Part shown: positions 1 through 8,180 of the stretch, one piece after another
Layout: each line of letters opens with the position of its first letter
How positions within the stretch are numbered: position 1 is the stretch's first letter
IMG/VR virus record: IMGVR_UViG_3300042257_000362
Coordinates: 1 to 64,000 of that record
Length of the DNA: 64,000 bases
DNA from: an uncultured virus (IMG/VR IMGVR_UViG_3300042257_000362)
Taxonomy: Duplodnaviria > Heunggongvirae > Uroviricota > Caudoviricetes
Direction: 5' to 3' (one strand)
Position numbers and translations under genes: made by a program
The notes under the pieces: model-generated
Told to the model about the DNA's origin: nothing
Seen by the model: only the letters and a program-made list of their open reading frames with translations
Databases searched by the model: none

Positions 1-308
1 TACTCTTTTTTTTCTCTTTTTGAAAGATAAATTCGTCTTTTTCTTAGTTATAGTTGATCTTTATGACCGGTTTCATTCTTTTGATTCTAAACTTTGTTTC
101 TTATTGCGTTTACTTTAGTAAGTAACAAACATAAACCTTAATAAAGCATCGTATTTGTGAGTCACATTACATTTGTAAATAGAGACAATCTACACAATAA
201 CATTTAAACCAGAAATACATTTGAAACAATTTTATTGTCAAAACTAATTGATTAGTTTAAAATATATAAGTGCCCACAAGAATTTATGAAACTTAAAAAA
301 TAAAATTC

Positions 309-337
309 TTGGCTAATATGATATTTAGTTTTATAAT
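309..337 (+). promoter_or_regulatory. sigma-A-like promoter of the tRNA pair
   Basis: TTGGCT-N17-TATAAT about 40 nt upstream of tRNA-Gln. Confidence 0.55.
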
Positions 338-378
338 AAATATGTCAGTTTTTTTGAAAAGCAAAAAGCAATATACTT

Positions 379-453
379 TGGGCCATGGCCAAGTGGTTAA
401 GGCATCGGACTCTGACTCCGAGACCGAAAGTTCGAATCTCTCTGGCCCTGCCA
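379..453 (+). tRNA. tRNA-Gln(CTG)
   Basis: Cloverleaf; anticodon arm TCGGA-CT-CTG-AC-TCCGA, TTCGAAT T-loop, encoded CCA. Confidence 0.93.
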
Positions 454-468
454 GTTTTTATCTTTAAA

Positions 469-559
469 GGAGAAGTACCCAAGTGGCTAAAGGGGCGGGC
501 TTGGAAAGCTCGTAGGTCGGTAAAACGGCGCAGGGGTTCGAATCCCCTTTTCTCCGCCA
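469..559 (+). tRNA. tRNA-Ser(GGA)
   Basis: GGAGAAG/TTTCTCC acceptor stem, anticodon arm CGGGC-TT-GGA-AA-GCTCG, long variable arm, encoded CCA. Confidence 0.95.
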
Positions 560-560
560 T

Positions 561-899
561 ATTGACAAGTTTGTCAAAGAAGATGTTATTATTGGGCCTT
601 ATGGAAACCGCCTGAAGCTCACTGATAGTTTAGCTGATTTTCACTTCAGACCAATATATATGCCGAATTTTATACCATTCGTTGAAGAATTCGGTAAGAT
701 AGTTTATAATCCAAATATGTTTAACGGAGAAATTGTATTGGTTATTACCGGTGTTGCTACAAAAGAAGATTTTCTTAAGGAATCATATGAAGCAACACTT
801 GGACAGCGTGGAACTAAATATCGGGTTGTAAAAGCATCGGTTGCGGGGGATGTCACGGTTATGGATAAAAAATTTTCTGATTTTTTTAGTAAATATTAA
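561..899 (+). pseudogene. 5'-truncated hypothetical protein abutting tRNA-Ser
   Basis: Frame of the 660..899 ORF is open back to the tRNA end (IDKFVKEDVIIGPYGNRLKLTDSLADFHFRPIYM...), with no RBS at 660. Confidence 0.6.
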
Positions 900-905
900 A
901 TAAAT

Positions 906-945
906 AACGACCGACTCTAATTTAATGCGTCGATCGTTTTTTTTT
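906..945. terminator. Terminator between convergent genes
   Basis: AACGACCGAC...GTCGATCGTT stem plus T-run; equivalent hairpin at the same position in the sister element. Confidence 0.6.
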
Positions 946-1144
946 ATTTCATTATATATTCCATAATATCTTTGAAGTCACAACTTAGTGCTTTACAAAT
1001 CTTGCATAAAACATCAGTAGTTACATTCTCGCCCTTTGTGAGCTTTGCTATTGAAGAAGAACTTACACCTGAGAGCTTAATAAGCTCTTTTTTATTTATC
1101 CCTTTATCAATTAGAAGTTTCCATAACTTATTATAACTAACCAT
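944..1144 (-). CDS. Xre/Cro-C1 HTH transcriptional regulator (66 aa)
   Basis: MVSYNKLWKLLIDKGINKKEL...; start re-assigned to 1144 (GGAGG RBS); near-identical to 56963..57163. Confidence 0.88.
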   Translation of the reverse strand: MVSYNKLWKLLIDKGINKKELIKLSGVSSSSIAKLTKGENVTTDVLCKICKALSCDFKDIMEYIMK

Positions 1145-1154
1145 GCTTTCCTCC

Positions 1155-2957
1155 TTAGTTTTTTCTAATACCATTAAGTAGACCGTATCTGCCTCTGTCT
1201 TCATCTTGAGTAAATTCAATCACCTTGACTTTCGAATATGATTCAATATCAGCAGGTAAATCTTTAGGGTTTACATTCTCGATAACTATCATTTGATCAT
1301 TTTCTATACTTTCAATTATATATTTGAAAAATCCTTGTCTTACATCATCTGTTGACTCGATTCCATCTGGCATAGTTAATCCATGTAACGGAGAATCAAT
1401 TAAATAAAAATGCGGGTTGTTAATTGAAAACTCATTAATATACTTTCTCATAGATAGAATTAAAATAGTATTTAATAGAGCTCTATAGCCTTTACCGTGT
1501 GTTTTCTTTGCGTCCCCATTAACTATCACATCAAAATCATTCATATCGAAGACAACTGATTCTAGAGGTGTGAAATTGATTTTTCTTAATATGTCATAAT
1601 AATAATCTGCAATAGAAGAAGCAAAGTCATCAGGAAATAAGTCTTTCGGTTTATACTCGATATGTTTGTCAATAGTGGAATCTAAATTTGATAAGTCACT
1701 TTCAAAACCTGATAGCATTAGATTAGTTGATTCTAGTTCGTGAATAGCTTTTATGTATTCATTGTACTTGCTAATTTTTTCAGCTATAGATTGCCTATGT
1801 GGTTTGAGTTGATTATTCATATCATGATCAATATCTGACTTTTGTCTTTTTAGACCTTCCAACGTTTGCAGAAGAGCATCTTTTTCATTTGAAATATCAT
1901 CAATTGTGGTCGATAGGGCAATACTGCTAGCCAATATTTTTCTTGCTTCAGCTCTTGAAGCTTCTAGATAGGAGGATTCTTGATTTTTTTCAAGACTACC
2001 ATTACAAAACGGGCAGTTAATTGGCGATTTATGATTATGAATAACATCTTCACCTTGTATAATGAATCCAAGCCTATTTATATCTGACACATATTGTGAT
2101 TCTAATATCTTGTATCTGTCTAATTGCATATTAACTCGTCTGATCGAGTTTTCAGTTTCTATAATTTGCCTTCCAATAGTTTTTATATTTGTAATCGATT
2201 CGTCAATGATCTTGTTAGTCTCATCTAGTTCACTCTGCAAATTACTAATCATTTTCTCTAGTGATTCGCTATCTTTTTCAATTCCATTAATATATTTGCT
2301 TAAGGTCTCTCTTCGTCCAATGAGCTTTTCCTTGTTACTTATAATATATTTTTGAACAGCTGCTTTTTTAGCAGCTTTTGTTTTTTTATTTTCATCTGCA
2401 TCAAATTCAGAAAAATCTTGATCGTATAAGATGTAAAGTAAACCTGATAAGAAAGCTGTTCTAGCAGTATAGTTATCAGGTAGTAATATTGATTTTTCTA
2501 ACTCAGTGTCATTTTCATTTACGGTTAGTAATGATTTCAGTGTTCTCAATGAAAATCTTTGAGTTTGGCCATCAGTATTCTTAGGAACTTTTAATCCTAT
2601 TTTAATATCAAGCAACTTTGAAAAGAAATCTCTAATATTATCTTTTTCACCTGAGATTTTGTAGTCAGTTGTTTTATTACCTTCAAGGACGCTGATGGTA
2701 TTTGAACCAATCACTCTAGTTAGGGTTATTGATGATAAATTTTTAATTAACTCCATTCTAATCGTATCGTAGCCTATAGATTTATCAAAAGGTGCACTAT
2801 CATTACTTGCACCTAACATGTAGTAAATTGATTTATAAATATATGATTTACCAGTGTCTGAGGGACCGATGATAATTGTTAGATTCTCTCCGAAATTAAT
2901 CTCTGATACACCTTTTTCACCAGTGTACATAAGTTTGCTAATATATAATCTTCCCAT
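1155..2957 (-). CDS. SMC/Rad50-like ABC ATPase of ABC-three-component (Lamassu LmuB-like) system
   Basis: Walker A GPSDTGKS, long coiled coil with CPFC zinc hook, C-terminal GKGYRALLN and YLIDSP motifs. Confidence 0.85.
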   Translation of the reverse strand: MGRLYISKLMYTGEKGVSEINFGENLTIIIGPSDTGKSYIYKSIYYMLGASNDSAPFDKSIGYDTIRMELIKNLSSITLTRVIGSNTISVLEGNKTTDYKISGEKDNIRDFFSKLLDIKIGLKVPKNTDGQTQRFSLRTLKSLLTVNENDTELEKSILLPDNYTARTAFLSGLLYILYDQDFSEFDADENKKTKAAKKAAVQKYIISNKEKLIGRRETLSKYINGIEKDSESLEKMISNLQSELDETNKIIDESITNIKTIGRQIIETENSIRRVNMQLDRYKILESQYVSDINRLGFIIQGEDVIHNHKSPINCPFCNGSLEKNQESSYLEASRAEARKILASSIALSTTIDDISNEKDALLQTLEGLKRQKSDIDHDMNNQLKPHRQSIAEKISKYNEYIKAIHELESTNLMLSGFESDLSNLDSTIDKHIEYKPKDLFPDDFASSIADYYYDILRKINFTPLESVVFDMNDFDVIVNGDAKKTHGKGYRALLNTILILSMRKYINEFSINNPHFYLIDSPLHGLTMPDGIESTDDVRQGFFKYIIESIENDQMIVIENVNPKDLPADIESYSKVKVIEFTQDEDRGRYGLLNGIRKN

Positions 2958-2963
2958 GTCATT

Positions 2964-3401
2964 TTACCCCTTTCTTACAGCTTTTTTAGTAGCAAGCGTA
3001 ACAATTTGTTTTTCATTCATATTTGAAGTGATATCATTAACTATTTTCACACATTGACTATATTGGTTAAAGTAATCGGTATCCATTTTAGAGCAAATGA
3101 TTCTACCTTCTTCACTAATCTTGTATGTGAATCCATAAGCATTTTGAATAGGGATCACCAAACCTTCAAGAACTAGTGATTTTAATGCATCATTGATTAA
3201 TTTTCTTCTTGAAGTTATTTCACTAAAAGTATAGGTATTATCTCCATGCAAATTGAAATCAATCATATCATACGCTTTTCCATATGTTGCAAATAAATCA
3301 ATAGATGTTACTTCATCTAAAGAGCAGTTTTTATTAATGACATTCAATAAAACAAGAACTCGAAACGAAATCTCATGCTTTGAATTAAATATTTTTATCA
3401 T
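2964..3401 (-). CDS. ABC-3C middle component (LmuC-like)
   Basis: IFNS..EISFR and LHGDN..FSEITSRR motifs; lies between effector and ATPase; start re-assigned to 3401. Confidence 0.8.
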   Translation of the reverse strand: MIKIFNSKHEISFRVLVLLNVINKNCSLDEVTSIDLFATYGKAYDMIDFNLHGDNTYTFSEITSRRKLINDALKSLVLEGLVIPIQNAYGFTYKISEEGRIICSKMDTDYFNQYSQCVKIVNDITSNMNEKQIVTLATKKAVRKG

Positions 3402-4341
3402 AATCAACCACCCATTCAATTCGTCCATCATTGACTAACATGTGAATTATACCTTGTTTTTCTGAATTGCCGATTAAACCGACGTTTTGTCTAGCTAAAT
3501 ACGACCGACCATATGTAATCGTCACTGCATGATTCATTGTCCTATTAACTCTCTCGAAAGCATTATTATATGCTGCAATCATCACAGAGAATATGCCATC
3601 AAAAGTTTCATCTTTCATAATATTGAACTCTTCTTCACCATCTTCATATATGTCTCTTATTTGGTGTAACACACTATCGGCACTAAAGTATGTCTTTCTT
3701 TGAAACTTAAAATGCTCTTCATATTGAGGTTCCAAAGATTTTAAGTCGTCAACGGTCAATGGGCCTAAGCCTGCAGCTTGTGAGTACACTCTCATTAATG
3801 CATCAACATACGGCATTTCTTTTTCTAAGATATTTTCTGTAGGTACGAGTTTTGGATATAGCTTTATCGTTTTCCCACCAATCCTAACTTTGTTATCGCT
3901 AATGAATTCAGAATCTCTAATGCTAGTAGAAGGACTGACATTAACAATGTAATACATAATATCATCCAACGTATCAGTAAGTCCTTGTTCAAAGTCAGTG
4001 GGATTAATTTTGATATTAAAAATCTCGAACTCAGAAATAATATGGTCTATTGCTTCTACTGAAAGATTACTAGAAAAACTTTCAAAGGTTGATGAGTCCA
4101 AATTGCCACGTATAAAAGAAGCGCAATTCTGAGGAAGTGCTTCCGTTCCATTAAAAACTTTTCTTGAAAAATCTGAAGAAAGGTCATCTATAGGGTTTTT
4201 ATCATCATCATTTATTGAAATGAATGCATTAAGATATGTCTTAAGTTTATCTTCTTTTGTTACCCTGCTAGAAGCGGATGAACACATTACTTCATTCCAA
4301 AGATACTGATCAATGATTGAGAGAAATTGATTTAGTTTCAT
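3385..4341 (-). CDS. ABC-3C first component (LmuA-like; conserved C-terminal domain, unknown N-terminus)
   Basis: C-terminal KQGIIHMLVNDGRIEWV motif; first gene of a three-gene overlapping operon. Confidence 0.75.
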   Translation of the reverse strand: MKLNQFLSIIDQYLWNEVMCSSASSRVTKEDKLKTYLNAFISINDDDKNPIDDLSSDFSRKVFNGTEALPQNCASFIRGNLDSSTFESFSSNLSVEAIDHIISEFEIFNIKINPTDFEQGLTDTLDDIMYYIVNVSPSTSIRDSEFISDNKVRIGGKTIKLYPKLVPTENILEKEMPYVDALMRVYSQAAGLGPLTVDDLKSLEPQYEEHFKFQRKTYFSADSVLHQIRDIYEDGEEEFNIMKDETFDGIFSVMIAAYNNAFERVNRTMNHAVTITYGRSYLARQNVGLIGNSEKQGIIHMLVNDGRIEWVVDYDKNI

Positions 4342-4600
4342 TAACTAACACCTCCTGGAAAACGGAGTTAAAAGCTACCTCCGTTCGACTCTCATTTGAG
4401 ATATAAAAAAAATATATAATCATGTTGTCAGAAAGTTAATCGATTTTGCCGACTTAATTATATCAAATTAATCATACATATACAATTGAACGCAAATGAA
4501 AAATTTGAAAAGTCGAACTTTTATTCTGATAACAGGCTTTATATTTCGTTAGTGTCATGAACTAACTCCCAGAAATATAAAGCTTAAAACTTAATATAAT

Positions 4601-4745
4601 GCAGTATGCGTTGGGACGTTGTCTGCAAATTGAAATGGAGTTATTCAGTTAACCCTTCTTTTTGCGACCCCTTTGAACTGCCTACATGACTGAGAAAGAA
4701 TATCTCCATTTTTAGAAAACAAATCTAAACTGGAGGTATTTTTTT
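4601..4745 (+). ncRNA. Putative structured cis-regulatory leader RNA (copy 1)
   Basis: Conserved with 60610-60747, including a compensatory pair; ends in RBS-sequestering hairpin plus T-run. Confidence 0.65.
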
Positions 4746-5330
4746 ATGAGATTGTCTAAAGCAGAAAAGAATCAAAATCCTAAATTATATGGATATGGAA
4801 CCCTCGAACAGCTTCAAAGCGATCCAGAAAACACGCAAACACACTGGATTCTTTATAAGGATGCGGATGGGGATTACAGGTTCATTCCTTGTGACGAGGC
4901 TTATTATCATGCGTATAGAAATGAAGAACGTAATGAAAGACGTTTGCGTGACTTGGAATCAAGGTGTTTAATTCCATCTGAAAAATACGGGTTAGTGAAA
5001 TGTCGAGCTGATTGTAGTCTGTGTCCAAAAGTTAGAGACGGACTTCCTATCTCTATTGATTACATGCGCGAGCATTATGGTTTTGATTTCAAAGATAAGT
5101 CTTATGAAGTAAAGGAAGAAGAATTATATGAACAAGAACAAAAGGATTTTATTTGGAATGTTGTGAGTGAACTTGATCCTGTAGATCAAAAGATACTCAA
5201 ACTCTTTAATGCGGGTAAAAAGGATGCTGAAATCGCTGAAGTATTAAGTAAATCACGAAGCAGAATTCAGGAACGCAGAGTTCAACTGATTGAACTTTTA
5301 AAAGAAAAATTAAAAAAGTTTAACGAATAA
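4746..5330 (+). CDS. Sigma-70 region-4-type (sigma-like) transcription factor
   Basis: C-terminal LDPVDQKILKL...DAEIAEVLSKSRSRIQERR HTH; Cys cluster CRADCSLC. Confidence 0.75.
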   Translation: MRLSKAEKNQNPKLYGYGTLEQLQSDPENTQTHWILYKDADGDYRFIPCDEAYYHAYRNEERNERRLRDLESRCLIPSEKYGLVKCRADCSLCPKVRDGLPISIDYMREHYGFDFKDKSYEVKEEELYEQEQKDFIWNVVSELDPVDQKILKLFNAGKKDAEIAEVLSKSRSRIQERRVQLIELLKEKLKKFNE

Positions 5331-5332
5331 CC

Positions 5333-5371
5333 GGCAAATGATAGGTTACTTTGCCATTTAACTATTGAAGG
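5333..5371 (+). promoter_or_regulatory. Candidate promoter motif A for the element I sigma-like factor
   Basis: GGCAAAT-N13-GCCATTTAACT-NN-TGAAGG, repeated with identical spacing at 35261. Confidence 0.7.
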
Positions 5372-5409
5372 GGAAAAATACCTTTTCAAAAATTAAAGGA
5401 GGTTTAGAA

Positions 5410-5586
5410 ATGCAGAAAGAAAAAAAGCCCAATAAGCCCTATCTGACGGATAAGGATTTAGTTGAAACGCTGCTATTAATCAGTGAGACATCTAAAACAT
5501 TGGCACTTGAAGTAATGTTGCTTCCGGATGAAGCAGAAGGTAATGGAGGTGAGGATGATGTCAAGAAGTCCGACGACCCACAGTAG
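5410..5586 (+). CDS. Small hypothetical phage protein
   Basis: AGGAGG RBS before ATG 5410. Confidence 0.6.
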   Translation: MQKEKKPNKPYLTDKDLVETLLLISETSKTLALEVMLLPDEAEGNGGEDDVKKSDDPQ

Positions 5587-6739
5587 AAAGTATAGCCCTA
5601 GTAAAAGTGGCACATGGTTAAACTGTCCACTCAGTACACTCCTAAATGATGGATCAAGTCAAGAATCAAGTCCTCAAGCAGAGTTTGGTACACAATGTCA
5701 TGAACTGGGTGCAGCCTTAATCAGTAAGTCTCTCCATTTAGTTGATTACGATAATGAGGCCAAATCTGTTGAAGATATCATCAAAGAGCTTGATATGTAT
5801 TCAGAGGATATGCAGGAAATTGCAGATGGGTATGCTGATTTCGTTATTAAGACGATTGAGTATGAAAAGAAAAGGTCGAATAGTGATCCAATCATTGTGA
5901 TTGAACAGCACCTAGACATGGATTTCGATGATGATGCAGGTGGAACATTAGATTGTGGGATTATCTCATCAATGGGTGGCGGAACATTATCAGTGATTGA
6001 TTTAAAGACTGGTCGAACACCTGTTTATGCGTTTGATCATGAAAAAAATGTATTTAATTCTCAACTCGGAATCTATGCACTGTACTTTTACAAGGCATAC
6101 AAAGACTTATACCCAATCAAGAATGTAAGACTTGTCATTTATCAACCTGTTATCTCAAATACAAATGATTATGAGATGCCGATTGAGGAACTATTAAAGT
6201 TTGAAACTGAGATCTTAAAGCCAGCAGTCATGAGAACTAAATCAACTAACTTAGAAGCTGTTCCAGGGAAGTATTGTCGCTATTGTGCAGGAAAAGCAAT
6301 CTGTGCCAAACGTGCAGAAGTTAACCAGGAAGTTATTAAAGAATTGAAAAAACCTATGGCAAGAATGACTGATGATGACATTGAAAATTTACTTCCCTAT
6401 CTTGATGAAGTCATTCAATATGCAAAAGATGTCATGGAGTTTGCAGTAAAGAAAGCCTTAAATGGTCACAGTTGGAAAAACTACAAGCTTGTTCATACCA
6501 AAGGATCTAGGAAAATTACTGATGAAGATGGTGTCATCAAAGCTTGTGAAAATGAAGGTATTGATCCTTACGCTCCAAAGAAGGTCGCTGGGATTACAGA
6601 ATTAACGAAAAGAATAGGCAAGAACAGAGTTGATGCTCTTATTGGTTCATACATCAATATGCAACTAGGTTCATTAGTTTTAGTACCAAAATCAGATCCT
6701 CGTGAAGAGGCAACAATTATCGAAGAAGGAGATAAATAA
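5558..6739 (+). CDS. DUF2800 family PD-(D/E)XK (Cas4-like) nuclease
   Basis: SPS..WLNCP, GTLD...VIDLKTG, QLGIYA and CRYC..KAIC motifs. Confidence 0.85.
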   Translation: MSRSPTTHSRKYSPSKSGTWLNCPLSTLLNDGSSQESSPQAEFGTQCHELGAALISKSLHLVDYDNEAKSVEDIIKELDMYSEDMQEIADGYADFVIKTIEYEKKRSNSDPIIVIEQHLDMDFDDDAGGTLDCGIISSMGGGTLSVIDLKTGRTPVYAFDHEKNVFNSQLGIYALYFYKAYKDLYPIKNVRLVIYQPVISNTNDYEMPIEELLKFETEILKPAVMRTKSTNLEAVPGKYCRYCAGKAICAKRAEVNQEVIKELKKPMARMTDDDIENLLPYLDEVIQYAKDVMEFAVKKALNGHSWKNYKLVHTKGSRKITDEDGVIKACENEGIDPYAPKKVAGITELTKRIGKNRVDALIGSYINMQLGSLVLVPKSDPREEATIIEEGDK

Positions 6740-6741
6740 AC

Positions 6742-7716
6742 ATGTTAAACATTATTGAAGGAAAAGAAAAAAGACCATTAAAGATTGTTATCTATGGTCC
6801 AGAAGGCATTGGTAAATCAACCTTTGCGAGTCAGTTCCCAGATCCACTTTTTATTGATACGGAAGGCGGAACAAGCAATTTAGATATTAGAAGAATTAAA
6901 TGTAACAAATCATGGGATGAATTGATATCAGTTGTCAAAGAAATCAAAGAAAATCCTACGATCTGTAAAACTGTGGTACTCGATACTGCAGACTGGGCTG
7001 AAACATTATGTACCAATGCAGTGTGCGAAAAATATCGAAAGAACAATATTGAAGATTTTGGTTATGGAAAAGGTTATGTTTATTTAGTTGACGAGTTTTC
7101 AAAATTACTTACACTCATGGATCAGCTGATTGAAGTTGGCATCAATGTTGTCATTACTGCTCATGCAAAACCACGTAAATTTGAACTTCCAGAAGAACAA
7201 GGTGCTTTTGATCGCTATGAGATGAAGTTAACCAAACAAGTCGCACCAGTCATCAAAGAGTGGAGTGACGCATTATTCTTTGTCAACTATAAGATTTATG
7301 TCGTTACAACCGAAACCAACTCTAAGAAAGCTCAAGGTGGAAAACGTGTGCTCTATACAACACATAATCCTACGTATGATGCAAAGAACAGATTTGACTT
7401 ACCAGAAGAACTGGAACTGAACTTTAGAAGTATTTCACATCTATTTGAAGAGCAGGATTTTGTAAAACCTGAAGTACCGTTTCCTGATCCTAAAGATATT
7501 ACTACATTTGCACTCGTTGAGAAACTCACACAGATGATCAATGAATCAGATATCACTGAAGAAGAATTAAAGAAAGTCGTCGCAGCTAAAGGGCATTATC
7601 AAGAAACAGAATCAATAAGCAATTATTCAGATGATTTTATTACACGATGGATTATTCCAAATTGGAAAAAAATAGTTGAATCAATAAAAAATAAAAAAGG
7701 AGAACAACAATCATGA
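6742..7716 (+). CDS. AAA_24 (Sak4-like) phage NTP-binding recombination protein
   Basis: IYGPEGIGKST Walker A, DTEGG, AKNR motifs. Confidence 0.88.
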   Translation: MLNIIEGKEKRPLKIVIYGPEGIGKSTFASQFPDPLFIDTEGGTSNLDIRRIKCNKSWDELISVVKEIKENPTICKTVVLDTADWAETLCTNAVCEKYRKNNIEDFGYGKGYVYLVDEFSKLLTLMDQLIEVGINVVITAHAKPRKFELPEEQGAFDRYEMKLTKQVAPVIKEWSDALFFVNYKIYVVTTETNSKKAQGGKRVLYTTHNPTYDAKNRFDLPEELELNFRSISHLFEEQDFVKPEVPFPDPKDITTFALVEKLTQMINESDITEEELKKVVAAKGHYQETESISNYSDDFITRWIIPNWKKIVESIKNKKGEQQS

Positions 7717-8168
7717 TGGATAACAAAAATATGTTGATGGATTGGAACGATGCCATCGAAGAAGACGGTCAGGAGTATGTCTTACTGCCTGAAGGTGATT
7801 ACAATTTTACAGTGACTCATTTTGAGCGAGGAAGATTTCCTGGTGGACCAAAAGTACCTGCATGTAATAAAGCAACGATTACTGTTCAAGTAGATACCAA
7901 AGAAGGTATCGCAACAGTGAAGTTTGATCTGCTTTTATATCGCTCTTTAGAGTGGCGCATTTCATCATTTTTTAGATGCATAGGTCAAAAGAAACATGGT
8001 GAAAAGTTAACAATGGACTGGAATAAAGTGATCGGTTCTAAAGGCAGAGCTCATTTCAAGCAACGTTCATACACCAACAATCAAGGTGAAGAGAAGTTTA
8101 CTAATGATATTGATCGTTTCATCGATTACAACGAAGAGTTCTTTATTCCAGATGATCTTCCATTCTAG
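7713..8168 (+). CDS. DUF669-like single-stranded DNA-binding protein
   Basis: LLPEGDY motif, acidic DDLPF tail, follows Sak4-like gene. Confidence 0.7.
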   Translation: MMDNKNMLMDWNDAIEEDGQEYVLLPEGDYNFTVTHFERGRFPGGPKVPACNKATITVQVDTKEGIATVKFDLLLYRSLEWRISSFFRCIGQKKHGEKLTMDWNKVIGSKGRAHFKQRSYTNNQGEEKFTNDIDRFIDYNEEFFIPDDLPF

Positions 8169-8180
8169 GAGGGTTCAGTT

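Noticed and set aside
1..300. Possible gene or RNA upstream of the tRNAs
   Set aside because: AT-rich with only very short frames; nothing supportable.
345..615. ORFs 345..560 (-) and 385..615 (+)
   Set aside because: They overlie two tRNA genes and are spurious translations.
5558..6739. Cas4/CRISPR adaptation gene
   Set aside because: Context is a standard phage recombination module with Sak4-like and SSB-like genes.
944..8168. Recent duplication or assembly repeat of 56963-64000
   Set aside because: Copies carry many substitutions and non-homologous swaps, so they are distinct related phages.
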